A stretch of 39,320 nt of DNA, taken from contig JBAYZV010000001.1 of assembly GCA_041672325.1 (NCBI GenBank), positions 1 to 39,320 of the forward strand. Reading direction: 5' to 3'. Origin of the DNA: Candidatus Izemoplasmatales bacterium. GTDB lineage: Bacteria > Bacillota_I > Bacilli_A > Izemoplasmatales > Hujiaoplasmataceae. The notes beneath the pieces were generated by a model. The model was not told the origin of the DNA. It saw only the letters and a list, made by a program, of their open reading frames with translations, and did not search any database. The position numbers and the translations under genes were made by a program. This document shows positions 1-8,915 of the stretch, in pieces; position 1 is the first letter of the stretch; each line of letters begins with the position of its first letter.

Positions 1-1
1 A

Positions 2-676
2 GGTAATTTGGAAATATTTGGACGTATAATAACTGCCAAGCGTAACAAAAAAATAAAATATAACGAAATCCGAAAAAAAGTTGGATTAGTATTTCAATTC
101 CCTGAATATCAATTATTTGAAGAAACAGTGGAAAAAGATATTATGTTTGGACCTATGAATTTCAAAGTCAGTAAAGAAGATGCAAAAAGTCTTGCAAGAG
201 AATCATTAAGACTTGTAGGGCTAGATGATAGTTATTTAACTAGAAATCCGTATAACTTATCTGGCGGTGAAAAAAAACGTGTTTCTATAGCTGGTATTTT
301 GGCAATGGATCCAGATATTCTAGTTTTAGATGAACCAACTTCTGGATTAGATCCAGCCGGAAAAAGAGTATTAATGGATCTATTTAAAGATATAAATGAA
401 AAAACAGGTAAAACTATCGTAATAATTACTCATGATATGGATTTGGTATATCAGTATTTCAACCGTGTTCTAGTAATGAATGATAGCTACTTAGTATTTG
501 ATGGTGAGCCAGAAGAACTTTTTAGAAATACAGATTTATCTAAACAACATTTAGACTATCCTAATACAATTAAAGTTCTTAAATACCTAAATACAGAATT
601 AAAATTAAATATGAATGAATACCTTAAGACAAATGAAGAAGTTCTAGAAGAAATATATAAGGCGGTGAATATATGA
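2..676 (+). CDS. ecfA2: ECF transporter ATPase, second subunit (EcfA2), 5'-truncated by the window edge
   Basis: The open frame runs from the window start. The translated part has ABC signature LSGGEKKR, Walker B ILVLDEPTSGLD and H-loop ITHDM, but no Walker A, which must lie upstream. The TGA stop overlaps the ecfT start (ATGA). Position before ecfT-truA matches the Firmicute ecfA1-ecfA2-ecfT-truA operon. Confidence 0.9.
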   Translation, partial: GNLEIFGRIITAKRNKKIKYNEIRKKVGLVFQFPEYQLFEETVEKDIMFGPMNFKVSKEDAKSLARESLRLVGLDDSYLTRNPYNLSGGEKKRVSIAGILAMDPDILVLDEPTSGLDPAGKRVLMDLFKDINEKTGKTIVIITHDMDLVYQYFNRVLVMNDSYLVFDGEPEELFRNTDLSKQHLDYPNTIKVLKYLNTELKLNMNEYLKTNEEVLEEIYKAVNI

Positions 677-1638
677 AAAGTATAATCATTGGCCAGTATA
701 TTCCAGGAAAAGGGATTTTCTATCGGTTAGATCCTAGAACAAAAATTATATCAGTTTTATTGATAATGATTTCAGTGTTTTTGTTAGAAACAATTACGCA
801 ATTATTAATTGGATTTGCTATAGCTGTTATATTGCTATTAATTGGTCGAATTCCAGTAATGAAAGTTATTAAAGGTTTAAAACCAATAATGATTCTTTTG
901 ATTTTTACCTTTATATTTCAAATACTTTTGAATCGTGAAGGTCAAACATTAGTAGCACATCCGATGTATTTAACAATATATACAATTCTATTCTTGTTAT
1001 TAACTTTTGTTTTATGGCGCGTATTAGCAAAATTTATTAGATTCCGTTTTACTTTGTTTTTCGTTTTCGCTATAAGCGTATATTTAATTTTAAGGTTTGT
1101 TGATTTTGGTTATCAAGTCATTAACCCATTCGATTTTATGATTTATGAATCTGGTTTAAAAATGTCCTTATTTGTAGTTATTCGGTTATTAATCATAATT
1201 ACATTATCGACAGTTTTAACATTAACAACGAAGCCTACTGATTTGACTCAAGGCATAGAAAAATTATTGCATCCGTTAAAGAGAATTGGTTTTGATTCAG
1301 AGAGTTTTGCTCTTATCATATCAATAAGTTTGAGATATATTCCAACTATCTTTGATGAAGCAAATAAGATTATGTTAGCGCAGGCATCTCGTGGTGCGGA
1401 TTTTAGTGAAGGTAAATTGAAGGACAAACTAAAACAAGTTGTTTCTTTGTTAGTCCCAATGTTTATTATCGCTTTTATGAGAAGCGAAGAATTAGCTAAC
1501 GCTATGGAATCAAGAAACTTTGTGCCAGGAGAGAAAAGAACCAGAATCCATCAGTTGTTTTTTTCACATAATGATGTTATAGCTACTACTTTTAGTGTTT
1601 TGGTCTTAGCGGGCTCTATAGTGCTAAAGGTGATATAA
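673..1638 (+). CDS. ecfT: ECF transporter transmembrane (T) component
   Basis: 321-aa polytopic membrane protein. It has the two EcfT/CbiQ Ala-Arg-type coupling motifs (QASRGADF, AMESRNF). It is translationally coupled to ecfA2 (ATGA) and to truA (TAATG). Confidence 0.9.
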   Translation: MKSIIIGQYIPGKGIFYRLDPRTKIISVLLIMISVFLLETITQLLIGFAIAVILLLIGRIPVMKVIKGLKPIMILLIFTFIFQILLNREGQTLVAHPMYLTIYTILFLLLTFVLWRVLAKFIRFRFTLFFVFAISVYLILRFVDFGYQVINPFDFMIYESGLKMSLFVVIRLLIIITLSTVLTLTTKPTDLTQGIEKLLHPLKRIGFDSESFALIISISLRYIPTIFDEANKIMLAQASRGADFSEGKLKDKLKQVVSLLVPMFIIAFMRSEELANAMESRNFVPGEKRTRIHQLFFSHNDVIATTFSVLVLAGSIVLKVI

Positions 1639-2594
1639 TGCTAGAAAATTTAGACGAATGTGTAGCTTTAAAAGTCGATGATTTAATCCTTTTAGATTAC
1701 GATAATGTGAAAAATTATCTGAAAGAAAATATGTATCTTATTAATAATATAAAATATACTTTTCATGACAACTATCATATGAATTATGGATACAATGAGT
1801 TAAATAATCCGATAAAAATAGCTTACCATGATGGTAAGATTCAAAGGATAATTATTAAGACTAAAGATTATTCGAGCAAAAGAGTGAAAATAGATCTTAG
1901 TTATGATGGTTCCAACTATCATGGTTTTCAAATACAAACAAAAGGAAAAACAATTCAAAAAGAATTGTCTAAATTAGTCTCTGAAGTTAATGATAAAAAT
2001 ATACTTGTTCAAGGAGCATCTAGAACAGATGCTGGTGTTCACGCTTATTCACAAACTGTGCATTTTGATGATGATTCAAATTTATCAACTGATGAATGGT
2101 TAAAGTTTCTTAATCATCGTTTGCCAAAAGACATCTATGTAAAAAAAGTTGAATTCATGCATCCTCTATTCCATAGTCGTTATGATGTTTATGAAAAAGA
2201 ATATATATATAGAATTAAACTGGGAAGTTATGATCCATTTTTAGTCAATTATTCTTGGCATCAAGAGTATTTAGATTTTGTTAAACTAGAAGATCAAATC
2301 AAAAAGATTATTGGTACATTTGATTTTACTTCTTTTACAAAATGCGCTAAAGGAAATAGCATTAGAACAATTTATGATGCAGGTTATAAATTGGACGATG
2401 ATGTTCTTAAAATATATATTCGAGGGAACGGATTTTTAAGGTATATGGTGAGACTAATCGTTTATCAAGTAATTGCTTTTTCTACCAATAAAACTAGTAT
2501 AGATATATTAACAATTATCCAAGAAAAAAATCGTTTGCATACTAAAAATTTAGCACCAGCAACAGGGCTATACTTAAACGAAATAATTTATTAA
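1638..2594 (+). CDS. truA: tRNA pseudouridine(38-40) synthase TruA with about 80-aa N-terminal extension
   Basis: The core starts at KRVKIDLSYDGSNYHGFQIQ and includes the catalytic motif GASRTDAGVHA. It holds the conserved position after ecfT. The ATG at 1638 overlaps the ecfT stop. Confidence 0.9.
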   Translation: MLENLDECVALKVDDLILLDYDNVKNYLKENMYLINNIKYTFHDNYHMNYGYNELNNPIKIAYHDGKIQRIIIKTKDYSSKRVKIDLSYDGSNYHGFQIQTKGKTIQKELSKLVSEVNDKNILVQGASRTDAGVHAYSQTVHFDDDSNLSTDEWLKFLNHRLPKDIYVKKVEFMHPLFHSRYDVYEKEYIYRIKLGSYDPFLVNYSWHQEYLDFVKLEDQIKKIIGTFDFTSFTKCAKGNSIRTIYDAGYKLDDDVLKIYIRGNGFLRYMVRLIVYQVIAFSTNKTSIDILTIIQEKNRLHTKNLAPATGLYLNEIIY

Positions 2595-2595
2595 A

Positions 2596-2627
2596 AAAGG
2601 CTTAAAATCATCTGATTTTAAGCCTTT
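2596..2627. terminator. Bidirectional intrinsic terminator between convergent truA and the metal ABC permease gene
   Basis: Perfect 14-bp inverted repeat aaaggcttaaaatc / gattttaagccttt with a 4-nt loop, flanked by an A-run upstream and a T-run downstream. Confidence 0.8.
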
Positions 2628-2635
2628 AAATATTA

Positions 2636-3508
2636 TTATTGTAGTTTATCCATTTTCGAAATACGATTCTTTAATATAATTCTTTTAGTGACAGTAACAA
2701 TCAATAAAATGATAATATTGATTGAAACAATTGCGGCTCCACTCGGAATGTTTAATGAATAGGCTAACCATAAACCAAAGAAAACTGACATTTCTGAAAA
2801 GATTATGGAAATGATTAAAGTGGATTTATACGACCAACCTAATTTCATGCCAGCAGCTACCGGTATCACCATCATTGATGAAATCAAAAGTACTCCAGCT
2901 GATTCTAAGAGTACAGAAACAACTACTGATAACATAATTATAAAAATAATTTGGAAAAGATTAACATTGATTCCTAAAAATTTAGCACTAGATTCATCAA
3001 AACTAACAGCTAATATTTGTTTAGAAAATAAAATGAACAGTATGGCTACGATTAAAGCAGTGATTAATATTAGGACGATATAATAGTTAGTTACAGTAAG
3101 AATTGAACCAAATAAGTAATTATATAATGAACCAGTTTTCTTTGATAAAGAAAAGAAAATAGCACTCAAAGCTGCACCTAAACTAATAACGATTACCATC
3201 GATATTTCTTGGAAATTATTATACGATCGTCTAAACATTTCAATTAATAATCCACCGATAATTGAAAATAGAATTCCTAAATAAAGTGGTCTTTCAAAAA
3301 ACATTGTAATTCCTAAAGATGATAAAAATAAACTGACCGAGATTCCTACTAAAGAGAAATGACCTAAAGTATCTGCGATGAAAGACAATCTTCTAACTAC
3401 AACGAATGTTCCTAGTAAAGGAGCTAAAATTCCTAACATAACACCAGCTACTAAAGCTCTTAACATGAAATCTTGTTGGAAGAGGTCACCAATAAATGAC
3501 AAGAACAT
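2636..3508 (-). CDS. Metal (Zn/Mn-type, ABC-3 family) ABC transporter permease
   Basis: 290-aa polytopic protein. The N-terminus FMLRALVAGVMLGILAPLLGTFVVVRRLSFIADTLGHFS is typical of ZnuB/MntB/TroCD-type permeases. It directly abuts the upstream ATPase gene. Confidence 0.85.
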   Translation of the reverse strand: MFLSFIGDLFQQDFMLRALVAGVMLGILAPLLGTFVVVRRLSFIADTLGHFSLVGISVSLFLSSLGITMFFERPLYLGILFSIIGGLLIEMFRRSYNNFQEISMVIVISLGAALSAIFFSLSKKTGSLYNYLFGSILTVTNYYIVLILITALIVAILFILFSKQILAVSFDESSAKFLGINVNLFQIIFIIMLSVVVSVLLESAGVLLISSMMVIPVAAGMKLGWSYKSTLIISIIFSEMSVFFGLWLAYSLNIPSGAAIVSINIIILLIVTVTKRIILKNRISKMDKLQ

Positions 3509-4183
3509 TTATAAAACCCCCTCTGTTATTTCTACACCACGTTCTTCAAAACTAGTAGATAAATCACTATACATAGAAAGAAGATGAGTATAGTTTAAAT
3601 TTTCAATATTATCATTATGAGTTATTAGTATAATAGTTAATCCAGCTCGGTGGAGTTCTTCAATCGTATTATAAAAAAACACTTTATTTTGTTTATCAAT
3701 TGAAGCTGTTGGTTCATCAAGAATTAATACATCCGGATTATTTAACATCGCTCTTACTATGAAAACTCTTTGAAGTTGACCGCCGGATAGAGAGTTTATA
3801 TTTTGGTTAATTATATCAAAAATCCCCATTTTTTCCAGTAATTTTAGACGTTCTGATTCATTGGTCTTTTTTAAACTGGATATTTGTAATAATTCACCCA
3901 CTGTTAAAGGAAATTCATAATTAAAATCATCAAAACTCTGACTAACATAGCCAAACCTTGTCCAACTTTTAAAATTAGTTATATCAATAGTATCATAAAA
4001 AATCATTCCTGATTTCACTTGGTTAAAACCTAATAAACATTTAATAAATGTTGATTTTCCAGACCCGTTTTTCCCTCTAACAACTAAATAATCTCCGCCA
4101 TTTAAAGTCAGAGATAGATTAGAGATAATAGTTTTAGTGCCATAAGCGAATGACAAGTTATTAATGTTAATCTGCATTGCCAC
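3509..4183 (-). CDS. Metal ABC transporter ATP-binding protein (ZnuC-like)
   Basis: Walker A GKNGSGKST, signature LSGGQLQR, Walker B LILDEPTASID, H-loop ITHN. RBS aaggtgg lies upstream on the minus strand. The stop abuts the permease start. Confidence 0.88.
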   Translation of the reverse strand: MAMQININNLSFAYGTKTIISNLSLTLNGGDYLVVRGKNGSGKSTFIKCLLGFNQVKSGMIFYDTIDITNFKSWTRFGYVSQSFDDFNYEFPLTVGELLQISSLKKTNESERLKLLEKMGIFDIINQNINSLSGGQLQRVFIVRAMLNNPDVLILDEPTASIDKQNKVFFYNTIEELHRAGLTIILITHNDNIENLNYTHLLSMYSDLSTSFEERGVEITEGVL

Positions 4184-4290
4184 ACCACCTTCTTGATATA
4201 TTGTAACATAATAAGATATTTTAATGAAATAATTTTATTTAAAAAAATCGTTATTTATGAGATAATGGTAAGGTAAGCAGGTGATATATA

Positions 4291-4910
4291 ATGACGGGTA
4301 AGTTTATTACTTTTGAAGGGACTGAAGGTTCTGGTAAAACATCAGTTATCAAGTCGTAAAAAAACACTATGAGCAACAGGGTTATCAAGTCATGTCTACT
4401 AGAGAGCCAGGCGGCATTTCAATCTCTGAAAAAATACGTGATATCCTTTTAAATAAAGAAAATACAGAAATGGATCCCAGGACAGAAGCTCTGCTTTTTG
4501 CGGCTGCTAGAAGACAGCATTTAGTAGAAAAAATTATTCCAGCTTTAAAAAGCGGTATGATTGTTCTTTGTGATCGATTTGTCGATAGTTCCTTAATCTA
4601 TCAAGGGTATGCAAGAAACATTGGGATCGATAAGGTTTATGACATCAATTTTTTTGCGATAGAAGACGCTTTGCCAGATTTGACTATCTTTGTAAACGTT
4701 AGACCTGAAGTTGGTTTAAAGAGAGTTTTTCAGACACCTAACCGTGAAGTAAACCGCTTAGATTTAGAAAATCTTGACTTTCATAAGATGATTTATCAAG
4801 GTTATTTAGATTTGACAAAAAAATATGATAGAATAAAGATGGTTAATGGTGAACAAGAAATAGAAAAAGTAGCACAAGAGACAATTGCATTAATAGATAA
4901 AATACTTTAG
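4291..4910 (+). pseudogene. tmk: Thymidylate kinase interrupted by a frameshift (apparent 1-nt deletion between 4338 and 4356)
   Basis: ATG 4291 encodes MTGKFITFEGTEGSGKTSVIKS (P-loop) and hits TAA at 4357-4359. The -1 frame, open from 4338, continues VVKKHYEQQGYQVMSTREPGG...CDRFVDSSLIYQGYARN to the stop at 4910 (track ORF 4392..4910). The joined length and the P-loop to TREPGG spacing match an intact Tmk. Confidence 0.85.
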
Positions 4911-4918
4911 GAGTAATT

Positions 4919-5944
4919 ATGTTTTTAAATTGGGATGAAGTAAAAAAAACACAAGAAGGGGTCGCAAGAATTTTAACTAATAGTATTAGTTTAAATCGCG
5001 TATCCCATTCTTACATTTTTGAAGGTCCAAAAGGCACGCGGAAAACTGGAGTTGCAATGTTATTTGCAAAGACTCTTTTATGCACGAACTTAAAAGATAA
5101 TAACCCTTGCAATGAGTGTCATAATTGCAAAAGAGTTGAGAGTCTTACTCATCCTAATCTTTTTATTATCGATCCACCAGGCAAGATTATAAAAAAAGAA
5201 TTAATTAGCAACTTGATTATAGAGTTGTCTAAAGCTTCTTTAGAACAGGGACCACGTGTTTATATAGTTGTTGATGCTGATCGTTTCAATCAAAGTTCGG
5301 CTAATACACTTTTAAAGACTATGGAAGAACCGGGACAAGAAGTCTATCAAATTTTAATTACTGAGAATTATAACAGTTTATTGCCGACAATCATTTCAAG
5401 AGCAGAAACTTTACATTTTCTACCGATAAATCGAAGTTTGATTAAACAACATTTGATGGAGTTAAATATTACTGAAACCCTAGCTAATATTGTTAGTCAA
5501 TACACATCTGATATATCAACAGCAGAAAAATTAGTAAAAGACAAAGAAACAGAGGAAATATATATCTTAGTTACAGAGATTTTTTACAATTTCCTTATTA
5601 AAGATCAATCATCAATTATCAGTTTATATCAAAATGGAAAAATCTATAATAGTAATGAAAGTGTAGATATCTTTTTGAATTTATTAACGTATTACCAAAA
5701 AGATATTTTGAGTTATAAACTTAATGTTGATAATTCAATTATGTTTGTAGATCAAAAGGAAACAATAGCTAAATTAGCAAAGAAAGTCACTAAACTACAA
5801 GCACAGAAATATCTAGAAGAGATGTTAGAATTGTCAATGAAACTTAAATACAATATCAATTTGCTGTTAGCATTCAATAAATTGCTAATGAGTCTGGAAA
5901 GAGGTTATAAACATGCAACACAAAGTAGTAGCGATACAGTTTAA
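4919..5944 (+). CDS. holB: DNA polymerase III delta-prime subunit
   Basis: AAA+ clamp-loader fold: SHSYIFEGPKGTRKT, Zn module CNECHNCKRV, Walker B-like VVDADRFN, sensor SRAE. Sits in the Bacillus-type order tmk-holB-yaaT. Confidence 0.88.
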   Translation: MFLNWDEVKKTQEGVARILTNSISLNRVSHSYIFEGPKGTRKTGVAMLFAKTLLCTNLKDNNPCNECHNCKRVESLTHPNLFIIDPPGKIIKKELISNLIIELSKASLEQGPRVYIVVDADRFNQSSANTLLKTMEEPGQEVYQILITENYNSLLPTIISRAETLHFLPINRSLIKQHLMELNITETLANIVSQYTSDISTAEKLVKDKETEEIYILVTEIFYNFLIKDQSSIISLYQNGKIYNSNESVDIFLNLLTYYQKDILSYKLNVDNSIMFVDQKETIAKLAKKVTKLQAQKYLEEMLELSMKLKYNINLLLAFNKLLMSLERGYKHATQSSSDTV

Positions 5945-6761
5945 TCATTTAGGAAAAAAATATTATTTTTCGCCAAATGAGCTTAATTTAAATAAAAATG
6001 ATTTTGTAGTAGTTGAAACAATAAGAGGTTTAGAATTAGGAGAAGTAGTTTCTGATATCATTGAGATAAGCGATGAAGAAATTGTTTCACCACTTAAACC
6101 TATCTTAAGAATTGCTGATATTGAAGATATCAAGACACATAAAGAGAATATCGATAAAGAAGCATATGTTATTCAAAAAACGTCTGAATTTGTTAATGCT
6201 AATCAATTAGAAATGAAATTGCTTAATTGTGAATATACTTTAGATAGAACTAAATTAATAATATACTTTACTGCTGAAGGTAGAGTTGATTTTAGAGAAT
6301 TAGTAAAGGATTTAGCTAATGAATTTCATGTTAGAATTGAACTTAGACAAGTTGGAGCACGTGATGGAGCTAAAGTAATTGGTGGTATAGGTCCTTGTGG
6401 CCGACAAACTTGTTGTACTACATTTTTAAGGGAGTTTGAACCAGTATCAATCAAAATGGCTAAGAATCAAAACTTATCATTGAATCCAAATAATATTTCT
6501 GGTATCTGTGGGAAATTATTATGTTGTATTCGTTATGAAGATGATAATTACCGAGATTTTAAAAAGGAAATGCCTAATGTAAATTCCTTAGTTTGGACTT
6601 TGGAAGGTAGAGGTAAAGTGATTGATATCAATTATAGTATGCAATCAGCCACAGTTCTTTTTAAAGATGGTAACAGTAAAGTGTTTGATATAAATGAAAT
6701 AGCAGATACAAAAGAAGAATTATCGGATGACGCTTCAGTATTGGTTGGTTTAGAAGAGTAG
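5913..6761 (+). CDS. ricT: PSP1-domain protein YaaT/RicT
   Basis: N-terminus VVAIQFNHLGKKYYF and the Cys-rich segment GGIGPCGRQTCCTTFL...CGKLLCCIRYE are characteristic of YaaT. RBS aagagg. Overlaps the holB 3' end by 32 nt. Confidence 0.85.
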   Translation: MQHKVVAIQFNHLGKKYYFSPNELNLNKNDFVVVETIRGLELGEVVSDIIEISDEEIVSPLKPILRIADIEDIKTHKENIDKEAYVIQKTSEFVNANQLEMKLLNCEYTLDRTKLIIYFTAEGRVDFRELVKDLANEFHVRIELRQVGARDGAKVIGGIGPCGRQTCCTTFLREFEPVSIKMAKNQNLSLNPNNISGICGKLLCCIRYEDDNYRDFKKEMPNVNSLVWTLEGRGKVIDINYSMQSATVLFKDGNSKVFDINEIADTKEELSDDASVLVGLEE

Positions 6762-6762
6762 A

Positions 6763-7521
6763 ATGGATGAGGTGTTTACCCACGATTTGATGGCCTATGA
6801 TGGCTTGAAAATATTGCAGAAAAAAGATGGGTTTCGGTTTTCATTAGACTCGCTTTTATTAGCTGATTTTATTGAGTTTAAACTAAGAAGTAAAAACTTA
6901 CTGGAATTAGGCTGTGGAGCTGGGGCAGTTCTTTTGTATTTATCTTTAAAAACTAAAATTAAATTGCTTGGTGTTGATATTCAAGAAAATATGGTCAAAC
7001 TAGCAAAAAAGAGTGTGAAACTCAATAATTTGGATAAACAAATAGAAATATATCATAAAGATATAAAAAGTATCTATTCGTTATTTCCAACTAGTAGTTT
7101 TGATATAATAGTTTCAAATCCGCCATTTTTTAAGGTGAATGAATTGAAGATGGTTAATCAAAATGAGTTTCTTTCACTAGCAAGACATGAAATAAGTATT
7201 ACTTTTAAAGAAATTATCGTTTCAGCAAAGAAGATGTTAAAAACTAATGGCTCTTTATATTTTGTTCATAGAGCATCGCGATTAGAAGAAATTATCAAAG
7301 ATTTACAATCCGAGAATTTTGTTATTAAACGAATGCGATTCGTTTATACAAAAGTTGGTAATGATGCACTAATGGTATTAATTGAAGCTCGATATAATGC
7401 TAATTCTGGAAATATTAAAATATTAGAACCGCTTTATGTATACAATCTTGATGGTGAATACACTGATGAAGTTCTGCGGATTTTTCATCTAGGAGATGAA
7501 TCTTATGAAAAAAAACTATAG
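6763..7521 (+). CDS. Class I SAM-dependent methyltransferase, YabB / tRNA m6A37 (TrmN6)-like
   Basis: Motif I LELGCGAGAV and motif IV VSNPPFF (N6-adenine type). Same position as B. subtilis yabB, between yaaT and rsmI. Confidence 0.8.
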   Translation: MDEVFTHDLMAYDGLKILQKKDGFRFSLDSLLLADFIEFKLRSKNLLELGCGAGAVLLYLSLKTKIKLLGVDIQENMVKLAKKSVKLNNLDKQIEIYHKDIKSIYSLFPTSSFDIIVSNPPFFKVNELKMVNQNEFLSLARHEISITFKEIIVSAKKMLKTNGSLYFVHRASRLEEIIKDLQSENFVIKRMRFVYTKVGNDALMVLIEARYNANSGNIKILEPLYVYNLDGEYTDEVLRIFHLGDESYEKKL

Positions 7522-8359
7522 TTACCAAAACGAAAATAGTTGTTTATACTTGATACCCACTCCGATTGGTAATTTAGAAGATATTACTTTTCGTTCTGTA
7601 AAAATACTTAAATCCGTTGATGTTCTTTATGCTGAAGATACTAGAGTAACTAGAAAACTATTGAGTTATTATCAAATTGATCAAAACCCAATATCATTCC
7701 ATGAACATAATGAGTTAAAAAGGAATTCAGAGGTCTTAGAACAATTAAATAATGGCTTAACTGTTGGTCTTGTAAGTGATGCTGGAATGCCGTTGTTAAG
7801 TGATCCTGGTTTCCACTTAGTTAATGAAGTAATTAATGCAGGCTATAACGTTATTTCTTTGCCTGGGGCAAATGCTTTGTTACCAGGGTTGTTGATGTCG
7901 GGAATAAGAACATTACCTTTTACATTTTTAGGTTTTTTGGAAGCTAAAAGTAGTAAAAGAATTCAAGAATTAGAAAGAATTAAATATGCAAAAGAAACAT
8001 TAGTTTTTTATGAAGCGATTCATAGAATAAAGAATACACTTAGAGACATGTATCAGGTCTTTGGTGATAGAAAATTTGTAATAGCTAGAGAAATATCTAA
8101 AGCTTTTGAAGAGATTATTAGAGGAACTCTGAGTGAATATGATACTTTAGAGGAGTTAAAAGGTGAGTTAGTAGTAATAGTTGAAGGTTACGAAGAAATC
8201 TATACTACTGAACTTACAGTTGTCGAACAAGTAGATTTCTTTATTTCCTCAGGCATGAAGAAAACTGAAGCAATGAAGAAAGTTTCTGAAATGACAAACA
8301 TTCCAAAAAACAAAATCTATCAAGAGTATTTACAAGATAAAATCAAGGAGGATAAATAG
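7505..8359 (+). CDS. rsmI: 16S rRNA (cytidine1402-2'-O)-methyltransferase
   Basis: Tetrapyrrole-methylase-fold N-terminus LYLIPTPIGNLEDITFR, then AEDTR and VSDAGMPLLSDPG. ATG 7505 sits 9 nt after RBS aggaga. The track start 7496 is in the same frame but lies inside the RBS. Confidence 0.88.
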   Translation: MKKNYSYQNENSCLYLIPTPIGNLEDITFRSVKILKSVDVLYAEDTRVTRKLLSYYQIDQNPISFHEHNELKRNSEVLEQLNNGLTVGLVSDAGMPLLSDPGFHLVNEVINAGYNVISLPGANALLPGLLMSGIRTLPFTFLGFLEAKSSKRIQELERIKYAKETLVFYEAIHRIKNTLRDMYQVFGDRKFVIAREISKAFEEIIRGTLSEYDTLEELKGELVVIVEGYEEIYTTELTVVEQVDFFISSGMKKTEAMKKVSEMTNIPKNKIYQEYLQDKIKEDK

Positions 8360-8899
8360 ATGAGATTAGCATGTTTATTAGCCGATGGTTTTGAAGATAC
8401 TGAAGCATTAGGGACAAGTGGTTTGTTAAGAAAAGCTGGATTTATGGTTGATTTCTACAGTGTTTTCAATAAAGAAAACGTTGAAGGATCTTATCACACT
8501 GTTGTAACTAATTTAAAAAGAATTAATGATTTACGAGTAGACGATTATGATGGCTTGTTTATTCCCGGAGGAAGAGCTGCTTATATTCTTAGAGAACATG
8601 ATTTTGTTAAAAAAATTGTTTTTGAATTTTATAGTAAGAATAAATGGATGCTTGCTATTTGTGCTGCACCAACTGTTTATGGTCTAATGGGACTGCTTGA
8701 TAATAAAAAATACACCTCTTTTCCTGGTACTGAAAACGATATGGGAAAAGCCATTAGAGTAGAATCAAAAGCTGTTAGCGATGGTAAATTTATTACTGGC
8801 AAAAGCGCTGGCAGTGTATATGAATTTGTCTTTGAAGTTATTAAGACAATTTCTGGAGAAGAAGCGTTAAAGATTTTTAAACAAAACTTGAAATATTAA
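8360..8899 (+). CDS. DJ-1/PfpI family protein
   Basis: 179 aa. Nucleophile-elbow motif LAICAAPTV and FIPGG are typical of DJ-1/ThiJ/PfpI. Strong RBS aaggagg. Confidence 0.85.
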   Translation: MRLACLLADGFEDTEALGTSGLLRKAGFMVDFYSVFNKENVEGSYHTVVTNLKRINDLRVDDYDGLFIPGGRAAYILREHDFVKKIVFEFYSKNKWMLAICAAPTVYGLMGLLDNKKYTSFPGTENDMGKAIRVESKAVSDGKFITGKSAGSVYEFVFEVIKTISGEEALKIFKQNLKY

Positions 8900-8915
8900 T
8901 TAGAGGTGAACAAAC

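Noticed and set aside
4245-4265. Possible Zur box (aaatcgttatttatgagataa) in the divergent znuC-like / tmk intergenic region
   Set aside because: Only the left half (AAATCGT) matches the Firmicute Zur consensus AAATCGTAATNATTACGATTT. The right half is degenerate, so the palindrome is not supported. It also overlaps the likely tmk -10 region.
4358-4364. A7 run as a site of transcriptional or translational slippage rescuing the tmk frameshift
   Set aside because: The in-frame stop TAA (4357-4359) uses the first two As of the run. Changing the A count therefore cannot bypass the stop, and the frame change must occur upstream (4338-4356).
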